In this document: piece after piece, positions 13,743 through 26,790 of the stretch
Layout of the letters: every line of letters begins with the position of its first letter
How positions within the stretch are numbered: position 1 is the first letter of the stretch
Source: Rhynchobatus australiae
Taxonomy: Eukaryota
NCBI GenBank assembly: GCA_034780895.1
Contig: JAUZTB010000001.1
Coordinates: 44,172,841-44,236,840, forward strand
Length of the DNA: 64,000 nt
Reading direction: 5' to 3'
The notes under the pieces: model-generated
The model's database searches: none
Seen by the model: the letters and a program-made list of their open reading frames with translations, nothing else
What the model was told of the DNA's origin: nothing
Position numbers and translations under genes: made by a program

Positions 13743-15470
13743 ACTACATGCAGGCTAAGCAACAAAAGCAGAATTTTAAAGAATGCTAAATGATGCCACC
13801 CTAAGAGATCAGAATAAAGTTCTGCTGTACTCCTGAATCAGTCGTGAATAATTGGACAAAGAGGTGGAAAAGACCTCATGAACTTAACTGTAATGTGTAC
13901 TATCCACTTTCTTCTGCACCAATTGAGGCTTACTTCAGCCATTCTTCCCAGACCTATGACTCTGTTCATCAAACAGGGCAAGAGTCATTATGTCAAATAA
14001 AAACAAAATCATTCTCTAAATCACCTTCGCCATCTTAGACTAGATGAACAGTTCTTAGATGAACAGTGTTCTTTCATCTTCATTGGACCCAAGTCTAAAT
14101 CTAGCATCTAAACATCAGAAGGATTCCTGCAATTTAAATAGCATTCACCCAATCCAAGTCAACTAGGAATGTTAATAAATACACCTTGCCGTGGCACCTA
14201 TCTTTCCCACATCCTTTACCTCCCATGTTTTCTTTTCTGGTTCTCCATTTCATTTTAATTAAAACCTTTATTTTTTTTTATCAAGGACACTCACTCGGCT
14301 TTGTGACTTAATCACGCTTGTCTATATTGTACAAAACACCCGTCTCAAAATTGATCAAGTATCCTTGGAATCTGAACCCTTCTCTGCTGCATCATTCTCC
14401 ACTTACCTATTATTAATCCCCTTATTGTATTCCTTCATTAACTGAAGCATGNNNNNNNNNNNNNNNNNNNNNNNNNNNNNNNNNNNNNNNNNNNNNNNNN
14501 NNNNNNNNNNNNNCATCAAAGGTGAAGAAATGGTGATTTTTTTTTCTTCAGAACAATGTACATGAAATTGGAAAATGTTTTTGTTAACACAGACAGAAGA
14601 GGGAAATGTAACTTTAACAAAGTTCATTAATTAAGATAATTGCAACACAACACATTATTCACTGTTATTTGATATGAATGATATTAGGTTGCTTTACCAG
14701 TGCCGTTCCATTTGACAAATGATTGACATACAAGCAGCTTAGCATACAAGCAGATGTCATTCAACATCTGTGCTGGTAACAATATTTAATGTACATCAGA
14801 AATTCCTCAATGTCCTCATGTAAATTGTTATTGTCAATTTTGCTCTTTACGTGATTCATATTTGCCTTATGCAACTTGACGAGGTTACTTAATTCAGCCT
14901 ACATTATGCAGGGCTGTTGCAAGCAGTGAAATAAAAAAAGTACTAAATTTACTACGTACAGCAACAATACTATGTATAAAACAGTTTCATCAAAAAGAAA
15001 CATTACACGAATACTTCAGTCAGTGCACAAAGTAATGCAGCGCCAAGGTGATTTAGGATCAATAACACAAGTAAACAATATTCACTCATTTTGCTGACTC
15101 ATACAAGTGTACATTCACAAATCCATGCAGGTCTGCTTGCTGCTGCTTGAATGCATGAAACTACAGAGTGAAAAAAGCAGTTAAAGTAGTCCATTTGTTA
15201 TCACTAGAACTGGAAAAAAAGGAGCAAAGCATTGCATAAGTTTGCATTTCTTAAATAAAACTGGGCTGGTTGCATTTACTGCGAAGTTGTCACACAAGAT
15301 AAACATGGCAACCTCACTTTTTGAAAGTGGTGTCTCAATTGCCACTTCAGTACATTGGCAACTGATCAAGAGGTACCTTCTAGTTTAATGAGCAGACGCT
15401 ATTCACCAGGGCAAACATTATACTTACACTCAAACTATCCAATCTGTTACAAATTATTCAATTATGTTAC

Positions 15471-15611
15471 CTCATTGAATAAAATTGTCAGATGTTCCAC
15501 TGGGTGTTGCAGGATCTCCCCCAGCACTAATTCACTTGCGAGTTCATTTTTCAATGATTTTCCACTGCAGTTTTTTAAAATATAAAGCATTTTGCTTTTT
15601 GATGGAAACGA
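15471..15611 (-). CDS. DNAH11-like coding exon 2
   Basis: caacag|TCG...GAG|GTAACA, 141 nt open. Encodes SFPSKSKMLYILK...LVLGEILQHPVEHLTILFNE. Not in the ORF track. Confidence 0.85.
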
Positions 15612-16201
15612 CTGTTGAAAATTAGGATAATAATTAAAATTAAATCAGCAAATGACTTCACACATAGCTTATTTCAAAAAGCAATTCAATTAGCCCCACT
15701 CATTTGCTTCCTTGTCTTTTTTTTCCTCCAAGCGTTTGCCCAATTCTATTAATGACAGGTATCAAAACCCGTCACTCTCAAATTCAATTCTCTGTTTAAA
15801 AATATGTCCTTCAGTATCGTGCATCAAGTTCTTCTGCCAGTCACCTTAATTCTTTTTGCATTCTGATCATCAATCCTTCAGCATCAGAAATAGTTTTTTG
15901 TATTTTATTCTAAACACCAGGATTTTAACACACGAAGTCTTCTCTTAGGCCTCTGTCCAATGAGAAATGCTACATAAAATGGAAAACGGGCTTAATTTTA
16001 ACTTCTGTGAATATTAAGTTAGGACTTCTTACAAATAAACTCCTGACTTTATTCAGAATGGCCCGTAAGCAAATTTTTCTTTAACTGCTTTTATGTAAAC
16101 AACTTTAAGAAAAGTTATCAGTGAACTTTAAAAAGTCCTTTGCATTCTAACATTCACAAACAGATACGATATGATTTCTATTCGGTAATTCCTTTTTGTA
16201 C

Positions 16202-16441
16202 CTGAACATCAGCGTGCAGGGCTCCGCCAGTTCCAGTAAATAGCAGCAGCCTTTCGTGCTGCTTCTCATCAAGGAAGCCCAATAGTAGTTTCTTGTTTTC
16301 ATCCTCAGCAATGAACCTATTCCACCTCTCTGANNNNNNNNNNNNNNNNNNNNNNNNNNNNNNNNTTATAAAATCTATTCGCTCTTCTCCAACACGAAGA
16401 GTGGATACAAGAGTGTTTGTACCAACTTTCTCTTCAGCCAT
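16202..16441 (-). CDS. DNAH11-like axonemal dynein heavy chain, coding exon 1
   Basis: ATG at 16441. Encodes MAEEKV...ERIDFI[gap]SERWNRFIAEDENKKLLLGFLD...ADVQ|GTACAA, resembling DNAH11 [22 protein letters not shown]. Confidence 0.75.
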
Positions 16442-16731
16442 CGGTGCGTGCCTCAAAAATCTGTGTCGGGATGGAAGAAGAGTGCATATGATTGTAAGTT
16501 GTAAAACGCAACATAATCAGGATTCCACATCATACTAACCATTTATTTCCTGATTTAATTAAAGACTTCGAACTGTACCCGTCCCTTGTCCGCACCGAAA
16601 CGATCGCCTGGGACAGCAACTTTAAAAAAATCCAACAAAGATGCACTGGGATTGTCTCAATAACATCAACTTTAGAAAATGCACAAATAATTGGTGCACC
16701 TTAAAACACGGAAAACTATGTAACATTTTAC

Positions 16732-16830
16732 CTGGTGTCCACTCCAGCCAGTGCGATGGGATTCCAGCTACCTCGTGCTGGATGAGTTTGCTCAGAGGGA
16801 ATTCGCTGGGTTTCTCCCGTCGCTGGACAG
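16732..16830 (-). other. Probable non-coding first exon of the dynein gene (5' boundary unknown)
   Basis: Donor CAG|GTAAAA at 16731 just downstream of the CpG-rich region. Matching acceptor ctcttcttccatcccgacacag| at 16461, 19 nt before the ATG. No ATG in 16830-16732. Confidence 0.5.
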
Positions 16831-16831
16831 C

Positions 16832-17147
16832 CGCGCGCGTCTGCCCAAACCCGCGGCACCCGCCCGCGCGCGTCGGCCCCAACCCCCTGCACCCCCCCCC
16901 GCGCGTCTGCCCAAACCCGCTGCANNNNNNNNNNNNNNNNNNNNNNNNNNNNNNNNNNNNNNNNNNNNNNNNNNNNNNNNNNNNNNNNNNNNNNNNNNNN
17001 NNNNNNNNNNNNNNNNNNNNNNNNTCCCGCGCGCGTCTGCCCAAACCCGCTGCCCCCGCCCGCGCGCGTCTGCCCAAACCCGCTGCCCCCGCCCGCGCGC
17101 GTCTGCCCAAACCCGCTGCACTCACCCGCGCGCGCGCGCCTGCCCAC
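16832..17147. repeat. GC-rich 33-bp minisatellite in the dynein promoter CpG island
   Basis: Unit cgcgcgcgtctgcccaaacccgctgcccccgcc starts at 17028, 17061 and 17094, with variants at 16832-16924. A gap lies inside the array. Confidence 0.9.
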
Positions 17148-18621
17148 ACCTGAACCCTCGTGCGACTGACCGCCCGGTAATGTGATCAGCTGCTCTCCCC
17201 TGGTTAACTGATAAGGCACAGCCAGGTTCGCACTCTGTTTTAGTTGCAACAAACGCGCGAATAAAGATGTTTTATGGAAAGGAGAAATTTTAAATTGCAG
17301 AGTTATTAGAGTTTGGCTGGTCTCCATTCATGATATAAAAACATAATTTTTAAGGTATTCGGCAGGGTCACAGATCTTCCTGAATATTTGCAGCATTTTC
17401 TGTCTACATTTCAGATTTGCAGCATCTGCAGTTTTGTTCGGATTTTCAGTCTCCCAACACGGTCTATTTTGACGAAATGTCATCCACTTTCAATGCTAAT
17501 TCTGTTTCTCGCTTCACAGATGGTGCCTGACCTGATGAGCATTTCTAGCAGCTGCACAACAATTCACGGATAGTTTACAGGCCAATTAATATTTAAAACG
17601 TTCTTTATTGGAATGTATCTACCTTCTAGAGATAGCAAACTGTAAAGTTATTTTGAGCTCGGAACAGTTGCTCAGAGGCAGTCAGTTGCATTCTGAGTGA
17701 ATCGCAAAATATATCTTAAGTGCTGGGACATTACGCTTCTACATTGTTTCTTCATCTTCGTCATCCAAGATGTGCATATTTAATGTTTTGCCCTAATGGT
17801 AATCCTTGTTAGGAGAGGTGTCTTTTAAAGATTGCTATTGTTGTTAACTATCTTTAACAGTCAGGTGACATCACAAAGTGTAGTTGTTCAACACAGAAGC
17901 ACATGGTGAAATTGCTGAATTATTTATGTATTTTTTTTTACTTTTTTAGTAGGCACTGAATGGTGCTATTATAGTACCTTCTCACTCTTCCAGATCTTTA
18001 GTTGAAGTAAACTTAACAAGATATGAGACAAGCTAAGTGAAGGAAAGATTAGGAAGAATGGTGTAACAGTAAAGCCGGATATCATCGAGCTGCATGTGGA
18101 AAATGATTCCACATTAGACAAGAATGGGAAAGAGCTTGGCACGTTTTATTAAAAGCAGCAAAAAGGAAAGCACCAAGGCACCAATGACTTACATTTACGG
18201 ACTTTCAAGGAGCTTAGTAGCTGTTGCCAGGATAGAATTTTAATTTAAATGTTTAATTAAGGTGCTGGAAAGACGAAACAATTCATAGAAGTACTTCACA
18301 GAGAAAACGGGACCTGAAAATGTGATAGTTATTTTGAGGATAGGTCAGCTTTTTTGAGGGGTTGATGCAATGATTTTGAAAAGTCATTGATAAAAAACAT
18401 TTACAATTTCAATTTGGACTGGGTGCTGGGAAGAGAAGTTGGGTGGTCACTTTTAGTGAGAATGGATACGGAGCTGAATCTCAAATATGACAGAAAACAA
18501 GAGATCAACTAGCTCACAAAGCAAATTCATGGTCAGTCTGAAGCAGCCAGAGATGGCTCCATCATAAGCAGATGAATAGACAGTCCAGTTCCTCACTTCA
18601 AGGATGAAAGTCGAGGGAAAT

Positions 18622-18952
18622 TTGGGCAGCATAGTGTCACAGCTGGTAGTACTGCTGCCTCACAGCTTCAGCGACCCAGCTTCAATCCTGATTTCCAGTA
18701 CTGTTTGTGTGGAGTTTGTATGTTCTCTATGACTGCATGGATTTCCTCTAGGTGCTCCACGTTCCTCCCAGATTCAAGATGTGCAGGTTGGTTGGTTAAT
18801 TGGCTGCTGTAAATTACCACTAGTATGTAGGTGAGTGGTAGAATCAGGCTGAGTTATCAGGGAGAATGACGTCAGGGTAAAATAGGTGCTTCATGGCCAG
18901 CATGGACTCATGAGGGCAAAGAGTCTATTTCTGTGCAGTATGGAAACTATGA
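18622..18952 (+). mobile_element. V-SINE (HE1-like), near full length
   Basis: tRNA-like head (gggcagcatagtg...gctgcctcacagc...ttcaatcc), V core, and a CR1-like tail ending ctatgac. Confidence 0.8.
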
Positions 18953-20509
18953 CCAACAGGCAGTGGAGTGGTTGTAAAAGCAGATGGATGCACAGGAATC
19001 TCATGGAAGGTCAAAAACTAAGTATTTTCTCTCCAAATAAACGATGCAAGGCTACTTGGGTGGGTTAAGAGTCATTATGGAGAAAATTTGCATCCAAGTA
19101 TTCCTAGAAGTAAATCAGTAAAAATGCCAGAACATTTGCATATTTATCAGTTACAGTTCAGAATATTTTAATACAAGCCAGAGGGTATGCAGAACTCTTG
19201 CACGATGGCCATAAATGCAGCTCTGCATATTGCCTTTAAATTTCTCCCTTTTTGCCTAATATTTTCTGCAATAATCTTTAACATTTTGAAATAAAGGTGG
19301 AAGTGCTGCAGCAAATGATTGCCAAGTTTTTAAGCAAGTTGGGACTTTACAAACACAACTGTTCAAATTGCCTTATGGACATTCAATAGAAGTGTATAAA
19401 CTCTAACCCAACAATTTAAGGTTTCAAAAGTATTGCAATTTATTTTGTATGAAGATTTCTAACAAAATTAAAAAGGTACAGATCATTATTCTTCAGGAGT
19501 GAAGGACTAGGGAAAGATCAACATAGAGCAGTAAGTAGGTGAAGTCAGAAAGTGATTTAAATGAGCAGTGGAACTGGCAATGGAAAAAAGTGATGAGTTT
19601 TTTTATTCCTCTCGTTGCAGCTTCATTCCAATGTTTTGAATTTTGGCAGTCAGGCCCAATGGGTTGTGAGTGGTGTACCTATACAGAAATCTGTCCTGTA
19701 CCTCAGTTTTGAGATATCAGTCGTAACATTTTATGCAACCTTGATAAGCTGCCTCATTGTCTTAGTATATCTATTGTAGACTTGCAAAGTTGACTCCTGC
19801 AACAATAGATTTTTTTTTGGAAACACCATGGTTAGGTAGGCGGGAGTCATTTTGGACCCTGGCAAAATGTAGTTTCTAAATTGAAAATAAAAGCTCTTAT
19901 GAAAACTGAGTCAGGTCATTGGTTTGGATCTTGCTAGAAAAATAGCATTATTTTGTCAATTTATGCAGGAACAGAGTGCAGACATTCAGATGATTAAGAC
20001 ATGGAATGAGTTGAATCTCAAAAGTTGCTTGTCAAATTAAGCTGCTCCACTGTTGCATAGAACTTTCCCAATTTGCACATAAATTACCCATTAAACGCAT
20101 CAAAAAGCAAATATGGTAATTAAACACTTAAATGACTTAATTGTTAATTCATTGTCAATCAATCTCTAGCCTAGAAATTGAACATCTTAGACCTACTCAT
20201 TCCTTTTAACAGGTAAGTTGTTCTGACACACCAAAATACGGCAACTAGAATGGTGCAGAGAATTCTAGATTCATTACAGATTCAGCATTTCCTATCTATT
20301 TTTCAATTCTATTCTTACAGAATAAATTGTGGCTCGGTATGCCTTACTGGTACTGCACATTTAAACTTTTGTAATCCTTAATCTATTTGCTCCTCTGTCA
20401 AGTTAAAAAAAAGACTAGTTCTTGCCAGTTGTATTAAAACTTGATAAATTTCAGTAGTTAAGGAGATAACATTGCAGGACCTCCATGGCTAGAACTTCCC
20501 AGACACTTT

Positions 20510-21330
20510 AGAGTCATGCAGCACTCAAATAGGCCCTTCAGCCCAACTGGTCCATTCTGACCAAGATTCCTATCCAATCTAGTCCCATATCCCTCCAAAC
20601 CTTTCTTTTCCACGTACCCATCCAAGTACCTTGTAAATGTTATTAACGTACCTGCCTAAATCATTTGCTCTGGCCGCTCATTCCATATACTGACCACTCT
20701 CTGGGTGAAAAAGTTGTCCCTTGGGTTCTTATTAAATCTCAATCCTCTCACCTTAAACTTATGCCCTCTAAAGTTCTTGATTCCCCAACCCTGGGAAGAC
20801 TACTGTGGGCATTCACCCCTCATGATATTATAAACCTTTAAAGATCATCCCTCATTTTTCCAATGCTCCAATGAATAGTCCCAACCTGCTCAACCTCTCT
20901 CCATAACTCAGTCCCTTGAGTCCCAGCAACTCTTTGTAAATGTTCTCTGTACTCTTTTCCAGCTTACTAGCATCTTTCTGAAAGCAGGGTGATCAAAACA
21001 GAACACAATATTCCAAATGCGGGCCTCACCAACACCTTGTACAACTGCAACAATAATCCCAGCTTCTATACTCAAATGTCCTGACTGATGAAGGGCCGCA
21101 TGCCAAAAGCCTTCTTCACCACCATCTACCTGCAATACCACTTTCAAGGAACCATGTACTTGTACTCCCTGGTCCTTCTGTTCCACAACACTCCCCAGGG
21201 CCTTGCAAGCCACAAAGTCCTACCCTCATTTGTATTCCCAAAACACACCTCACACTTATCTGAATTAAACTCCTTTTGCCATTCATTCCTCAGCCCAGCT
21301 AATCAAGATCCCTCTGTTAATCCTGATAAC
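20510..21330 (-). mobile_element. CR1-type LINE 3' fragment
   Basis: Minus-strand ALGSVVEQKDQGVQVHGSLKV and RVQRTFTK remnants plus a CR1 tail. Confidence 0.85.
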
Positions 21331-21384
21331 CATTACTATCCTTGCCACTATATCAGCAGTTACTTTAGGTACAACGTGAACATT

Positions 21385-22620
21385 GAGTTGAAAATGCAAT
21401 TTGCCTACCGCTGCAACAGGTTTATGGCAGACACCATCTCCCTGGCCGTACACTCATCTCTGGAGCATCTGGATAGTAAAGACGCTTATGTTAGACTATC
21501 GTTTATTGACTACAACTCCACCTTCGGTACTATAATTCCGCAAACTCATCACCAAACTCCAAGACCTGGGACTCAACACCTCCCTCTGCAACTGGATCCC
21601 TGACTTCCTGACCAACAGATCACCATCAGTAGGGAGAGGCAGCAACACCTCCACCATGATTATTCTCAACACTGCTGTTCCACAAAGCTCAGTCCTCAGC
21701 CCCCAACACTCAAGACCATGTGGCTAGATACTACTCTAACTCATCTCCAAGTTTGCAGATGATACCACTGTAGTGGGCCATATCTCATTATTTGAGTTGG
21801 AGTACAGGAAGGAGATAGAATGTTTAGTAAGATGGTGTCATAACAACTACCTCTCCTTCAATATCAGCAAAAGAGCTGGTCATTGACTTCAGGAAGGGGG
21901 GCACTACAATGTTCCTGTCGGTTCAGAGGTCAAGAGGGTTGATAATTTCAAGTTCCTATGAGTGAACATTACCAAAAGCCTGACCTGGTCTAAAGGCATA
22001 GATGCCACAGCCAAGAAATCTCACCAGCATCTCTACTTCCTCAGGAGACTAAAAAAATTAGCATGTCCCCATCAACCCTCACCAATTTTTATAGATGCAC
22101 CATAGAAAGCACCCTATCCAGATGCATCACAGCTTGGTATGGCAACTGCTCTGCCTGTGACTGCAAGAAACTGCAGAGTTGTGAACACAGGTCAGCACAT
22201 CATGGAAACCAGCCTCCCCTCCATGGACTATCTATACTTCTCACCTGCTCAGTAAAGCAACCAGCATAATCAAAGACCCCACCCACCCTGGATATTCTCT
22301 CTTCTCTCACCTCAGGCAGAAGATACCAAAGCCTGAAAACATGAGCCACCAGGCTCAAGGACAGCTTCTATCCCATTGTTATAAGATTATTTAATGGTTC
22401 CCCAGTACAATAAGGCAGACTCTTGACCCCTCAATCGACCTCATTATGACCTTGCATCTTATTGTCTACCTGCATTGTACTCTCTGTAGCTGTTACACTT
22501 TATTCTGCATTGTTATTATTTTACCTTGTACTACCTCAATGTACTGTGTAATGAATTGATCTGTATGAACGGTATGCAAGACAAGCTTTTCACTGTACCT
22601 CAGTGCACGTTACAGTAGCC
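21385..22620 (+). mobile_element. Rex1/Babar-like LINE 3' part
   Basis: Frameshifted RT motifs QFAYRCNR..ADTISLAVHSSLEHLD..YVRLSFIDYNSTF, KFADDTTVVG and LTNFYRCTIESTL..CITAWYGN. Confidence 0.82.
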
Positions 22621-22919
22621 AATTCCAAAAAGGTGCAAAAAAGTCAAAAGAAACACAAGACTTCCTACTTGAATTACTTCCAAGACTGAAATACTGTAAT
22701 AAAATCGAATTCAGATTTAGACTACCTTCATTGTTGAGTGCACTAAATCCTAATACACAAAAATTATTTTGTGTATCATTAATATTGTAAAAGAAAAAAA
22801 ATCACTGTGTGGTTAATTCTTTCTGGTACATCTTCCAGGTTAAAATAATGTAGGAATAAAACAGGAGCAATTGTCCAAGCTTCAGATCTATTTTTTGTCT
22901 TCTAGTACTCATATGGTTA

Positions 22920-23235
22920 TACAGCAGAGACAGACCCCATGGCCCACCAAATCCACGCTGACCATCCAGCACCATTTCAGATTAATCCCATTTTCTTCTC
23001 TCCACATTTCCCTTAACACCCCCTGATTTTACCACTCAACTAACACATTAGGGAAAATTTTCAATGGCCAATTAACCTATCAAACCACACAACCTGGGTA
23101 TGTGGGAGGAAAGTGGAGCACCCAGAGGAAACCCATAATTATAATGAGAATGTACAAACCCCACACAGACAGCAGAGATAAGACTGAACACAGGTTACCA
23201 GCACTGTTTGGCAGCAGATCTATTAGATGGCCATT
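22920..23235 (-). mobile_element. V-SINE (HE1-like)
   Basis: Reverse complement of the V core (ggccaattaaccta...tgtgggaggaaagtggagcacccagaggaaaccca). Confidence 0.75.
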
Positions 23236-23939
23236 TTACTACTCAACTTTTCCAGTTTGACAAAGAATATTCACTAGATCCAGCTTAATTGCTATTATAG
23301 TCANNNNNNNNNNNNNNGATCAAAAATGATATTTCTCCTTTGATTCCCTGTTAAATTTAAAGTTTCATGTTTTTGATACTTGTTCTTCCATATTTCAAAA
23401 TGGCTTACTTTCCCTTAAGTACTCCTATTTTTCCAAGTTTCTATCATTTGCTCCCTTGCTGTTTCACAATAGTCAGATGAAAATGTCATAGGAGAACCAA
23501 AGTGGTATCAGAATTTAACCTGGTTTGTTACACAGTAGTTTGATGTCCAAAACATGCATGCATCATTTGTGATGAACAAACCTGAGATATTACAGTTTGA
23601 AGTTTCTCCAGTGACTGCACATTGGCATGTGATAATCTCAAATACGGAGAACAATCTTTGGAAAAGGAACAAAGTTTCATAAAAACAAAAGCAGCATGCA
23701 CACCTAGGCTAATAGGGACAGCAATTTAAATAACATATCCAGTTTCAAATGTTCATAGGACACCATTGGGAAACAATTTAATAATGCTCTTTTCCCATCT
23801 GACCTTGGCATCAAAGGTTAAAAAAATGGTTAGTGCAGACATCATAATTGTAGTTAACATACTCTTTGGGAGAAAATAAAATACAATTCAACTCTTAATA
23901 GCTGAATATTGATGAAATTTAAATAAGGTCAGCAATTTA

Positions 23940-25834
23940 TTGATAGTATAATCTTACTTTATTAGCATTTTAATTTATATTTATACATTTGGAAGGAACA
24001 TGTAACCCTNNNNNNNNNNNNNNNNNNNNNNNNNNNNNNNNNNNNNNNNNNNNNNNNNNNNNNNNNNNNNNNNNNNNNNNNNNNNNNNAACTTTTTTGGG
24101 AGGGAAAGGGGAAAGGTGGAAGAGGTAGGAAGAATGATCTAAATTAGCTCTAAATGCAAAGAAAGTTGCTCAACCCTTTTAAAACATTAACAAAAAGTTG
24201 TTTTTTTTTAAAGCAATTACTACAGAACGGCACTATCCATTATTTTCACATGTAACACACTTTACCTCAGCTGTTGGCACTTGCACATATAACACATCTT
24301 AGTTTCAGGGCCATATTTCCAATGCAACTTAACATTTTTGTGATGAACAAAAAAACTTTAAGGAATTACACAAACTGCAATTCTCATTGTGGGAAAATCC
24401 TCAGGAGGTCTCAAGTCCTATGCTGAGGTACAATGTATATCTTTTTGGAGGGAGTTCTGGATAATCATAATCACACATACTAAAGAGTAACTGGATTAAA
24501 AATGGAAACAATGATCAATAGACTCATCATATAAACATTTCATTGTATAGTTGTGTTTTTATGCCACAATACTATTTTACCTAAAGGATAATGTTAAATC
24601 ATGTGACACTGATAATCCCTTCATAGTAGTGGTTCAAACGCTAAGAACCAAAATAAAAGTAATGAAACCACAATTTGGTTCATCAAAGCTGGTTTATATT
24701 GCAATCTGAATGTTTATTCTGCACAATTGATTTCATTACAAAAAGGACAAGACAGTTAAAAATAAATTTCAAAAGGGTACAAACTATGAGGTGATTCAGT
24801 ACTTTAAAAACTGGCACAAGATGTTGCTAGTATATCCTGGGGAAAAATGCTGCGATTTTTAATAGCACTGCACATCAGCGGGTTGGAAAGAAATAAATGT
24901 CAAATGGAAGCATCTTTATCCCCATTTCTATGGTGTGGAAATGATGATCAAGATTAAATAGTTAAGCAATACCTCTGTAGCCTTAACAAATACATAATAA
25001 AAATACAAACTGAATATATATATTTATATATATGCGCAACAAATAGTTAAGGTAAAAACTTGAATATAGAAAATTACAAAGGGTAGATGCATAAGGATCT
25101 GCAAAGTGTCAAAGAAGCTTCATTTAGTAGCCACTTTGTAACTTCAAGGTTAAATATAATCAACAGTTATTTGGCAGATGATCCTTAACATTAGCAAAAA
25201 ATGGCTTTTAATAAATTGAAAAAATAGATTAAGACTTCAGTTCCCATTTTTACAATATTCCTCTTTTATAAAGAGCTTAGTAACACACAGAAATGCGTAC
25301 TTTGACACTGAACTGACAAACAGCTAGTTTACTAATCACCTTATAGAATGAGACCATCAGTGACCCTTTTATGTTTGAAATATGCTTATTATATCAGAAA
25401 ATGCAATGCGCGAATTAGAAAATTGCTACGAAATTTAATAGAAAACAGATATATCACAATAAATTGTGTTCAAGATGTACATACCATTAACTTTCCCATT
25501 CTGGACTGCATCAACCCCAAATCTTAATTTTCAAGAATCCCCCATCAGTCTTGCATAGCTATTTTCCTGTGTTTATAATCTATCATGAGTGCTGTATTTG
25601 AAAATTGCTACATGTGGTGAGCATCTGCAAAATGTACATGCAACATTGCCAGTGTTCAATAGTTATGAATACTGTATTACAAATACATAGAAAATAAGGC
25701 ATTTTAGTGACATGTCACTTTTCCATAATAGATGAAATTTTATCACACTGATAAAAAGACTGCAGAAAAAGCATAAAATTTACTAGCCATTTGCTCTTTT
25801 ATAAAATCACTAACACATCGTTTCTCTATAAATT
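23940..25834 (-). other. SP3: Probable SP3 3' UTR
   Basis: AT-rich stretch with no recognisable transposons after the stop codon. Minus-strand AATAAA at 24713-24718 and 23958-23963; the end point is inferred. Confidence 0.55.
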
Positions 25835-26163
25835 TTAGTCCATACAGTCATCCCCACCAATTGNNNCTAACTGTATATCGGTATTATGCAACATTTCTTC
25901 AGTATTTGCACCATCAGAATGATCAGTTCCAATCCCTTCCATATGACCCTGCTGAATGTTTGCTATTACAGGTGACATAATAGTTCCTCCTGTTGCAAGG
26001 ATACCAACATCTGAGGCAGATGTCACTTCCATTGATGATATAGCTGCACTGTTATGGCTGGAAAGGTTGCCTCTCTTGTTCTGATGTGTTTTAATGTGCT
26101 TTGAAAGATGGTCACTTCTTATAAAGCGCTTGGAGCATTCTGGGCAGACAAATTTTTTCTCAC
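25835..26163 (-). CDS. SP3: SP3 last coding exon (zinc finger 3 and C-terminus)
   Basis: ctgcag|GT. Encodes [30 protein letters not shown]...IANIQQG...TAA, an SP3-type tail. There is a 3-N gap at 25864-25866. Confidence 0.95.
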
Positions 26164-26331
26164 CTGCAGGTAACATGGGGGAGGGGGGCACAAAAATCAC
26201 AAATCTCTGAAAGACATACTTGCACTTTTCATTGTATTCAGTATTTTGGAGACAAAATAATATTCTTAAACTTTCACTTTTGTAATGTAGGAAACATGCC
26301 CAATGACATGCCTAAAATCTGAAGATTTACA

Positions 26332-26790
26332 AAGTCATAGAGTAATACAGCAATGGAGACAGGCCCTTCAGCCCAACTCATCCATGTTGACCACGGTGCC
26401 CAATAAATAAGTTCATATCCTTCTAAAACCCTCCTATCCATGTACTTATGTAAATGTCTTTTAAACATTATTATTGTACCTACCTCAACCACTTCCTCTG
26501 GCAGCTCATTCCATATACACACCACCCTCTGCATGAAGTTATCCCTCAGATCCTATTTAACTCTTCCACCTCTCACCTTAAACCTATGCCCCCTAGTTTT
26601 TTAGTTCTCCTACCCTGGGAAAAAGACTATGTACATTCAGCCTTCTTATACCCCTCAGCATTTTGTACACCTCTAAAGATCACCCCGCAATCTCCTACAT
26701 TCTGTTCCAAGGAATGAAGTCCTAGCCTACCTAGTCTCTCCCCATAATTCAGGCCTGGCAGCAGCCTTGTAAATGTTCTCTGCACTCGTG
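26332..26790 (-). mobile_element. CR1-type LINE 3' end
   Basis: QRVVCIWNELPEEVVEVGTIIMFKRHLHKYM, a CR1 ORF2 C-terminus. Confidence 0.85.

Noticed and set aside
16622-17327. Several 100-200 aa repetitive ORFs on both strands
   Set aside because: By-products of the stop-free 33-bp GC-rich repeat and an N-gap.
18622-18700. tRNA-like sequence
   Set aside because: Degenerate head of a V-SINE; no intact cloverleaf.
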